Shown here one piece after another: positions 54,064-64,000 of a DNA stretch of 64,000 nt. The notes beneath the pieces are model-generated. The model did not search any database and had not been told where the DNA came from. It was given only the letters and a program-made list of their open reading frames with translations. The stretch spans positions 5,766,001 to 5,830,000 of the forward strand of contig NC_089430.1 of the NCBI RefSeq assembly GCF_026210795.1, in the 5' to 3' direction. The translations under genes and the position numbers were made by a program. Source of the DNA: Rhizophagus irregularis. Lineage: Eukaryota. Positions within the stretch are counted from its first letter, which is position 1. Every line of letters starts with the position of its first letter.

Positions 54064-54779
54064 TATTAAAGTATTGCCAAGCCAATAATAGGATTAGCTG
54101 CTTTTTTATTCACAATATAAGAGGACAATGGCTACTTACTTTTTTGATTAGACTAATCAGTATTTGGTTGACATCCCTTGGCTGCATGAAGAACTAGGTG
54201 AATAAGAACAACACCAAATTTTCATTGTCAAGCCAAAGAAAAGAATTATATAATAGGCTAGGATTCCTGTTGTAATTGTAATAATTTTTATGACCTTTGG
54301 TTAGGTAGGATTCTGCTTCATTTCAATTCAATTTTTTTCTCTCAAGTTTAGAAGCAAAAGTTATTTCCACATGATGATTTTCTTTCATGGTTAAATAAAT
54401 CATTGACTGATATTTATTATAGTATTAAATTTTAGATAACGAATAATTAGGATGACTTTATAAACATATAATATATGGCACAAATAACCTAGAAATGCTT
54501 CACCTATGTATCTAAATTATGGTTTTAAATGAATAAATCAAAAATTTTCCCAAATTATTTAATTATCAAGAATTCACGTGCGTTAAAATTAAAAATGATC
54601 GGCAAATAATCGTTGTAAAAAATTCAGCCCACATTGCGTAATACATAATTATGCATAAGTATTGTTCTTCCATTTATTAAAGCATCGGGCGAAATTGTTT
54701 TTTTCTTACTATTACTACTGAAAATTTTTTTTTAATTTCTGCCTTTTATATGTATTGATTTTAGTTGAAAACACTCTCA

Positions 54780-57700
54780 ATGAATCCCTTTGTCAAAAGT
54801 ATCAAAAAGCTGACTACGTCATGTGATTGTGATCGTGAATGTAATGCAAAACGGTTTAACCAAAATTTTAAAAATTGGACTAGCGGTAATAATGATATTG
54901 ATAAATTTATTCAAAATACTCAGCTATCAGTTCATAAGTATAATGTGTGTCAAGCATTAGAATGGATACCTTATGGTAGACTTTATGATGTTAAATATAT
55001 TGCAGAAGATGATAAGTTTGGCAACGTGTACAGAGCAAATTGGTTTGATGGACGCCTAAATGGATGGAATGATGAAAGTCAAAATTGGGAAAGAAAAGGT
55101 CAAAATATGTTTGTAATTTTGAAAATTTTAAATGATCAAGCAAGTATTAATAAATTATATTTATTACATCATCACGCCATGGTAAATATTCATATTGTAC
55201 TGCGCCATTTGTGGAAAAACTGCCAGTTGAAATAGTTGATTTTTACTAATATTTCTAACTTTAATATATTGTAGATTGCAGTGCCTCATGAAGTTTATGG
55301 AATAACTCAAGATCCAGAAACCAAGAACTATATGGTAGTTTTGAATGATATATGTGAAAAATGTAATAATGTGTGTAATTCAATACATTTTCAACAAAAT
55401 TTTAAAAATTGGACTAGCGGTAATAATGATATTGATAAATTCATTCAAGATACTCAGCTGTCAGCACATACTTATTATGAGGTAAAAAATGCATTAGAAT
55501 GGATACCTTATGATAGACTTTATAATGTTACGGAAGATAATGAGTTTGGAAAAGTGTACAGAGCAAATTGGACTGATGGACGCCTAAATGAATGGAATTA
55601 TGGTAATCAAAATTGGAAAAGAAAAGATCAAAATATGTTTGTAATTCTGAAAATTTTAAATCTAGAAAGCATTAAATTTAAATTTAGATATAAGGTATAA
55701 TAAATTTATCGAAAGTTTCATTTTCTTTGTGAATTATAATATAAATTAATCACATTTACGATGCCATTTTGTGAAAAAAAAAGGTGTTTTAAGAAACAGA
55801 TGGTTGAATATTTTATTTTTACTAATACTTCTAACTTTAATATATTGTAGATTGCAGTATCTCATATAGTTTATGGAATAACTCAAGATCCAGAAACCAA
55901 GAACTATATGGTAGTTTTGAATGATATATGTGAAAAATGTAATAAAGTGTGTAATTCAATACATTTTCAACAAAATTTTAAAAATTGGACTAGTGGTAAT
56001 AATGATATTGATAAATTCATTCAAGATACTCAGCTATCTGCTCATGGTGGTGCAAGAAAGGTGTTAGAATGGATACCTTATGATAGACTTTATGATGTTA
56101 AATATATTACAAAAAATGAGTTTGGTAAAGTGTACAGAGCAAATTGGATTGACGGACGCCTAAATGGATGGAATGTTCTTTATCAAAAATGGGAAAGAAA
56201 AGATCAAAATATGTTTGTAATTCTGAAAATTTTAAATAATCAAGCAAGTATTAATAAAGTATATTTATTACATCATCATGCCATGGCAAATATTCATATT
56301 GTACTGCGCCATTTGTGGAAAAAATTGCTAGTTTGAAAAACAAATAATTGAAAATTCATTTTTACTAATATTTCTAATTTTAATATATTGTAGATTGTAG
56401 TGCCTCATGAAGTTTATGGAATAACTCAAGATCCAGAAACCAAGATCTATATGGAAGTTTTGAATGATATATGTGAAAAATGTAATAATATGTGTAATTC
56501 AATACATTTTCAACAAAATTTTAAAAATTGGACTAGCAGTAATAATGATATTGATAAAATCATTCAAGATACTCAGCTATTAGCACATACTTATTATGAG
56601 GTAAAAAATGCATTAGAATGGATACCTTATGATAGACTTTATAATGTTACGGAAGATAATGAGTTTGGCAAAGTGTACAGAGCAAATTGGACTGGTGGAC
56701 GCCTAAATAAATGGAATTATGATTGGAAAAGAAAAGATCAAAATATGTTTGTAATTCTGAAAATTTTAAATAATCCATCAAGTGTTACATTTGAACTTAT
56801 ATATAAGGTATAATAAATTTATTAAAAGTTTCATTTTTTTGTGAATTATTAATAATATTGTACTGGTTATTTTGTGAAAAAAATTTGCCAGTTGATTTAA
56901 AAGCAAATAAATAAAATTTTACTTTTACTGATATTTCTATTGTAGATTGCAGTACCTTATAAAGTTCATGGGATAACTCAAGATTCAGAAACTAGGAACT
57001 ATATGGTGGTTTTAGATTTCAATAAATGTGGAAAATGTAATAATGTGTGTAATTCAGTGCATTTTCAACGAAATTTTAAAAATTGGACTAGTGGTAATAA
57101 TGATATTGATAAATTCATTCAAGATACTCAGCTATCAGTACATACTTATTATGAGGTAAAAAATGCGTTAGAATGGATACCTTATGAAAGACTTTATGAT
57201 GTTAAATATATTGCAAAAGATGATGAGTTTGGCAAAATGTACAGAGCAAATTGGATTGATGGACGCCTAAATGAATGGAATGATGAAAATCAAAATTGGA
57301 AAAGAAAAGGTCAAAATATGTTTGTAATTCTGAAAATTTTAAATAACCCAGCAAGTATTTCATCAAAATATATAGATAAGGTATAATAAAATTATTAAAA
57401 GTTTATAATATAAATTAATCACATTGTACTATGCCATTTTGTGAAAAAAAAGTTGGTTTAATGAAACAGATGGTTGAATATTTCATTTTTACTAATACTT
57501 CTAACTTTAATATATTGTAGATTGTGGTAACTCATAAAGTTTATGGAATAACTCAGGATCCAGAAACCAAGAACTATATGGTAGTTTTGAATTATATATG
57601 CGAAAAATGTGATAAAGTATGTAACTCAATGCATTTTCAACAAAATTTTAAAGATTGGACTAGTGGTAATAATGATATTGATAAAATTATACAAGATACT

Positions 57701-60606
57701 CAGCTATCAGCACATACTTATTATAAGGTAAAAAATGTATTAGAATGGATACCTTATAATAGACTTTATAATATTAAATCAGAAGATGATGAGTTTGGCA
57801 AAGTGCACAGAGCAAATTGGATTGATGGAAATATTACATATAAAGATAATTGGTATTTTGACAGTAGTTGGAATGATAAAAATCAAGATTGGGATAGAAA
57901 AAATCAAAAAATGATAGTAATTCTGAAAATTTTAAATAATCCATCAAGCATTACATTAGAATTTATAAATAAGGTATAATAAATTTTCATTTTGTAAATC
58001 AATATTGTACTGCGCCATTTTGTAGTTAAAAAATTCATTTTTACTAATATTTCTAACTTTAATATATTGTAGATTGCAGTGCCTCATGAAGTTTATGGAA
58101 TAACTCAAGATCCAGAAACCAAGAACTATATGATAGTTTTGAATGATATATGTGAAAAATGTAATAAAGTGTGTAATTCAATACATTTTCAACAAAATTT
58201 TAGAAATTGGACTAGTGGTAATTATGATGTTGATAAGTTTATTCGAGATACTCAGCTATCAGATCATAACTATTATAAGGTAAAAAATGCATTAGAATGG
58301 ATACCTTATTATAGACTTTATGATGTTAAATATATTGCAGAAGAACATGAGTTTGGCAAAGTGTACAGAGCAAATTGGATTGATGGATATCTAAATGAAT
58401 GGAATGTTGAAAATCAAAATTGGGAAAGAAAAGATCAAAATATGTTTGTAATTCTGAAAATTTTAAATAATCCATCAAGTGTTACATTAGATTTTATAAA
58501 TAAGGTATAATAAATTTATCAATGTTTGTAAATTATAATATAAATTAATCACATTGTACTATGCCATTTTGTGAAAAGAAAAATTGCCAGTTGATTTAAA
58601 AACAAATTGATAAAATTTTACTTTTACTGATATTTCTACTTTAATACTATATTGTAGATTGCAGTATCTTATAAAGTTCGTGGGATAACTCAAGATCCAG
58701 AAACCAGAAACTATATGGTGGTTTTAGATTTCAATAAATGTGGAAAATGTGATGTTACATGCAATTCAATACATTTTCAACAAAATTTTAAAAATTGGGC
58801 CAGTGGTAATAATGATATCAATAAATTTATTCAAAATACTCAGCTATCAGTTCATGAGAATGATTGTGAAATATTGCATATATTAGAATGGATACCTTAT
58901 GATAGACTTTATGATATTAAATATATTGCAAAAGGTGGGTTTGGAAAAGTATATAGGGCAAGATGGATTGATGGTCATATAGATAAATGGAATAACTATA
59001 ATTGGAAAAGGAATGATCAAAACATGGTTGTAGCTCTGAAAAGTTTAAATAATTCAAGAAATATTACATTAGAATTTATGAATGAGGTAAGTTATTTTTA
59101 TTTTTATAATTATTTATTTAGGTATTAATACTTATTTATAATATCCATAGATTACATTACATCATAAAGTAAATTTGCATAAACGCTTTATTAAATTCTA
59201 TGGAATAACTCAAGAACCAAAGACAGAAAATTATGTTATGGTTTTAGATTATGCAGAAAATGGAAGTTTGCGAAATTATTTAGACATAAGTTATAACGAA
59301 TTAAGTTGGAGCGATAAGATTAATTATTTACATAGCATTGCACATGGTCTTAAAGATATTCATGAAAAAGAACTAATTCATCGAGATTTGCATATTGGTA
59401 ATATATTAAGGCTTAAAAATCTCACTTGTATAACTGATATGGGATTATGTAAACCTGCAGATTATAATGCATCGGATAATGCAAAAAACAAAATATATGG
59501 TATTTTACCTTATATTGCTCCCGAAATTTTACGTGGCCAAAATTATACTAAAGCTGCAGATATTTATAGTTTTGGTATAATAATGTATGAAGTTATTTCT
59601 GGATTACCTCCTTATTATAATATCAGTCACAATAATAATTTAGCAATAAGAATTTGTAAGGGACTTCGACCAAGGTTTAATACTAAAGTACCCCAATTGA
59701 TTGTGCATTTAATTAAAAGATGCTTGGATGCAAATCCATTAAAGCGACCAAATGCAATAGAAATTAAAAAAACTTTAAGTCAATGGTTTAGAGAATCATT
59801 TGAATCACAAGATAATAGTGAATATTATATTGATTCTCATTCAGAAATAAGAAAACAAATTAATGAAGCAAAAATAATTAATAATATGTTACAAACTAGC
59901 AGTGCATTATCAATCAATTTAGGAATATCATATGAAACCCATTCGGAAGCTATTTATACCAGTAGATTGCTTAATTTTTGTAGTCTTCCTGAGCCAGTAA
60001 ATTCTAATGATTATTACAAAGTCGAGGATAATATAATTAGCATGGAATCTTTAGGTATTGGTTAACAAAAAAAAATTCAAATTAATTAATTAATTGTAAA
60101 AAATACTAATATTGTTTTAATTCATTAAATAGAATCCTTACAAATTGATATTTCTCAATTGGAAAATAATAATTTTAATGAAGAAAATTCTAATGATAAT
60201 ATTAAAATGAAATCTTCAGGTATATTTTTTAAAAAAAAATAATTAAATCAATCATAAATATTTTAATAAATTTTTAATTCATTAAATAGAATCTTTACAA
60301 ATTGATAATAATAATTTTCCTGAACCAAATAATTCCTATGTTTCTTACAAAAAAATTGATGATTTGATTAGTATGAATTCTTCAGGTATCCATTAATAAT
60401 AAAATATTCAAATTATCATCTAAAAATGGTATTAATTTTTTATTTATTAAATAGAATCTCTACAAATTGATATTTCTCAACTGAACATTAGTAATGATGG
60501 TAACTATTTTTAAATATAAATAGAAAATAAGGCTACTATAAGTATAATGTACTTATTTTATTTGTTAGATCAGGATAGCAAATCTAAAGGCAAAGAAAAA
60601 ATTTAG
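54780..60606 (+). CDS. Kinase K4 with 8 tandem N-lobe repeats and 3 C-terminal ESLQID repeats (~1520 aa, 13 exons)
   Basis: Exons 54780-55181, 55275-55694, 55851-56258, 56394-56807, 56946-57380, 57521-57973, 58073-58504, 58658-59086, 59151-60054, 60133-60219, 60290-60385, 60455-60499, 60569-60606 give an uninterrupted frame. Motifs GGFGKVY, VALK, HRDLHIGN, DMG, APE. Confidence 0.9.
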
Positions 60607-62030
60607 ACTAATTATAGCCATTTGTTATATTGGTTATTGTTAAATTTTATATTTTATATTTTTTGAATATTTTTTTTTTTCGCCATTATAGTTTAAAATT
60701 TTAATTATCATTAATATTCAGTAGAAAGGTAAAAAATTTAAATTTTATTATAGTTTAAAAGCGGTTATTTTTCTTTTTTTGCTTTTCAACAATTAGTGAA
60801 TTGCAACTTTTGATTAGTTTGATAAAGCTATAAAATATAACAATAAAATGGAGAATAGAAATAATGTTAGATAAAATTTTAAATTATATTAGCCTTATTG
60901 ATTAACTTGTATGTATTTATTCATTTATTTTATTTACTCGATTCATTAATCAAAATAAAAATTTTTTAGTCTGAAATGTAGAGTAATAAATCAATAATCT
61001 GTTTTCTAATTTAAAATTATTAAAATTATATTGCAATAATGCAATATGGAATAAATGTCCATAATTATATTATTGCCTGATGATATTTTTAATTTATCCG
61101 TTAAGGTCGAATTCATATAAAAGAACCAGTAACTCATAAATTTATCCTATAGGGTTGTGCGATACTAATGTTACTTATTTATATATTACTCAGTCCTTAT
61201 GTAATATTACAAATCATTATGTAAATTTTAATTACTTTCCTCATAAAATAGCGTACATGACTGTTTTGTTTAAAATACCTTGTATAGATTCAAGCCCCTC
61301 TTTATCCTTACTCCCCTATAAACTTTTAGATTAGATACCTTTTATTTATGGTCTAAACTATGCGTTTTTATCATACAATATAATGATATTGTAAATTTAC
61401 AAATATTACGATCCTTTACTTATTATAAACTTTATTGCAAATTTCTTAATACAAATTATTTTATTTTATTTTATTTATAATATTTTAAAACATTCAATCA
61501 TTTATTTCTGATTTTAAATACTACTTTAATTTATTACTTACTATTACTATGTATACTTATATAAGGATCAATGAGTATACAGTATAGCAATCATGTACGG
61601 TATGATTTTATACGTATGCACTGTATGGTTTGAACGTCATATTAACTTTATAATAAAAACTGGCAATATAAATAACGGAATACGTATATTGGCTTCTTTT
61701 TTATGTTTCCGAAATGGAGACCAATATCTGGAATGAAAATATTTCACCAAGTACTTGATAATAATACCAAAAAGTTATTTATGTGATATTGTGATTCCTT
61801 GGACGAGCGATTGTAACATCTTTTAGAATGAGAATCATCTATTAATGCACTGTAGTACATCTAGATAAATCTAAATCATCGCTGAAAGTGTAATTAAATA
61901 TGAAACTCAGTTGAAGAATACAAGAAAGCAGTTTATTTCATTTATTTTCATTTTATTGAGTACGGTATATAAAATCCGGAATATTTAGGGGAGTCATATG
62001 ATAATTATAGATTTTTAGATAATAATAACT

Positions 62031-63361
62031 TCATAATTGCACCATCATGTCATCTAATTCATCCGAAATGCCTTTTGAAAGACCAAATAAGGCACCTGTT
62101 ATACCTGTTATTGAAGCTAATACTTTATTGTCTGGTTCAAGAGCGCGTCCGGCTTTTGCTCCAAAAATAGCTTTTTCTTCAATACTAAGTTTTCTAAATC
62201 CTCTTGAATTTAAATCTTTATTAGTATGGTAAAGATTTCTCTTTCGCTCATACTCTAGTTCTTCTAGAAGTTTTGAATCTTTATAAAGATTTCTCTTTCG
62301 CTCATACTCTAGTTCTTCTAGAAGTTCTTGATGCTTCGCTAGAAGTTCTTCATGCTTCGTTAGAAGTTCTTCTTGTTTCGTTAGAAGTTCTTCTTGCCTC
62401 GCTAGAGGTTTATCTTGTTCCGCTTGTTGCTCCGCTTTGTAGACTCTTATTGCATCTTCTCTTATTTTATTCTCATCATCTTCCTTTTTTCTTCTTTCTG
62501 CTTTTTCCGCTTCTTCTTTTAGACGTTTCTTTTCTTTCTGGTTCTCTTCAAATCGTGTAGTGGTATATAGAACTTGTATATGGCTAATACATTCCTTGAT
62601 TTCCATTAATCGTTTTTCGTTGGCTTTTCTTTCATCTTCATTATAATATCGACGCATTGGAGAAACATGCCAACGGTACCCAATTTGTGTAATAAAAGAA
62701 CGAAGAATTTCAATTTCATTCCAATCTATTTGTTTATCCATAACTCGTTCTGGGTCTGCTTTGGAAAATACAACGATGAAATTATTTGTCGCATCTTTTC
62801 CAAGAAAATTTCTTATGGTATTCAAAACATTCTTTTCCTCATCAGTAATCCTTCCCGCTTCTACAAAGACCATTAAAGTCAAATACAAATAAAATGTACA
62901 ATCAAATAAACAACAGTTATTTACATACCTAAAACCAAAAGAATTGCCCTGACCCACCGTCGCATTGATTAACGAATTCGGTTATTTCTTTAAGTGGATC
63001 TACATTTCCACGACTGTCAAATAATCCGGGTGTGTCAACAAGGTCATAATTTTTGTTGTTAATTTTCAATGTTGCTACTTCACATTTACTCGTTTTCGAT
63101 TTCTATATTTTCATTACTTTCTTCATGAATACAATAAAATAAAATGAATCAAAAATATGAAACATAGATATTACAAAACTGCTTGAAGCTGTAAAAGGCT
63201 TATTATCACGATTCCCAAGAAGCTGGTTACCAAGTGTACTTTTCCCGGCACCTACAGTAAATAATTTTGCCTTTAGTTAATATTTACAGTAACGAACGAT
63301 AAGAAATAAATGCCTTGCCGGTTTTTCCTAGCAAGAGGACAACTTCGTTTTGAACATTCAT
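62031..63361 (-). CDS. AIG1/GIMAP-family GTPase with coiled coil and Gly-rich hydrophobic C-terminus (apparent 1-nt frameshift at ~62954)
   Basis: MNVQNEVVLLLGKTG|AGKSTLGN (first intron GC-AG), DTPGLFD, RITDEE, VVFSKAD, QEELLTK heptads, duplicated LLEELEYERKRNLY, AIFGAKAG..ITGITGALFGLSKG. Confidence 0.82.
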
Positions 63362-63634
63362 TTTAGAACAAGTTAACAAAAATTGTTTTAAATGAAACCT
63401 CTTTTATATGCCGTTCTAATCGTGTGAAATGATGTACATATAATAATTGGTTTTAGTCTATTTGAGTTAGACCGGTGTATATAAATAGATGAGTTGTGTT
63501 TATAATGACGTAATATTATCACACTTGAAATAAACAAATGTTTTAACTTGTTACAGATTAGGTTAAACATTTGGCTGATTTGTAGTAATGTTCCACAAAC
63601 TGTATTCGTCTTTTGTTGTACAACGTACACAATA

Positions 63635-64000
63635 TTTTATTTTACTTTATTTTAAACATTTAGACAGAAGCAGAGGTATTACAAGTATGGAGCGGAGCTA
63701 CAAGAGGCTCGAACTACACCTATCTAGGTAACCACCCAACCCTCGAAAGAATCGTCCTGCCTTATATTAAAAAATAACCTAGGCATAATCAGTTTCATAT
63801 AAGAAGGAAAAGAAATAAAATAAAAATCTGATAATCTATAAAATGAAGAGAAGAAAGAAAAGAAATCTAAAAATTGTTCATCATCATTATAAAAATCTAT
63901 ACTATAATTAAAATTGTTCAAAAAAGAGCTCCAAGTCTCCAACCACTCGAATATAAATAATTTGACGTTATAAGGACCATCCACTACGGGATCAGAGACG
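63635..64000 (-). mobile_element. Possible LINE 3' end running off the window
   Basis: Minus frame WMVLITSNYLYSSGW resembles ORF2 C-termini; GC-richer UTR-like stretch ending in AATAAA and an A-rich run. Weak. Confidence 0.25.

Overview
AT-rich, intron-containing eukaryotic DNA. The gene content (HRDLHxGN tyrosine-kinase-like kinases with the 'FQQNFKNWTSGN..IDKFIQ' pre-kinase motif, AIG1 GTPases) resembles an arbuscular mycorrhizal fungus such as Rhizophagus; this is an inference. The ORF track fragments the genes, so I rebuilt them from GT/GC-AG splice sites. (1) Four kinase loci. Three of them (4.8-8.2, 44.4-48.0, 54.8-60.6 kb) carry 5, 5 and 8 tandem copies of a Cys motif plus a whole kinase N-lobe in front of a single C-lobe. 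Every copy is cut by a phase-0 intron at the same position, so any upstream copy can be spliced in frame to the constant C-lobe exon, and only the last copy keeps intact ATP-binding motifs. This is the most unusual system in the window. (2) Two AIG1/GIMAP-type GTPase genes, one with a tandem double GTPase domain, each lying tail-to-tail with a kinase. (3) A Helitron2/Helentron-type Rep-PIF1 gene with two lesions, followed by a block of possible cargo: a bZIP-like gene, a Myb/SANT-RS gene, a ~185-bp satellite and an OB-fold-like gene. (4) Non-autonomous Helitrons, hAT- and Mutator-type MITEs and decayed LINE remnants. Many frameshifts are single-base losses in short homopolymers and may be assembly errors. 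No rRNA, convincing tRNA or CRISPR array was seen.
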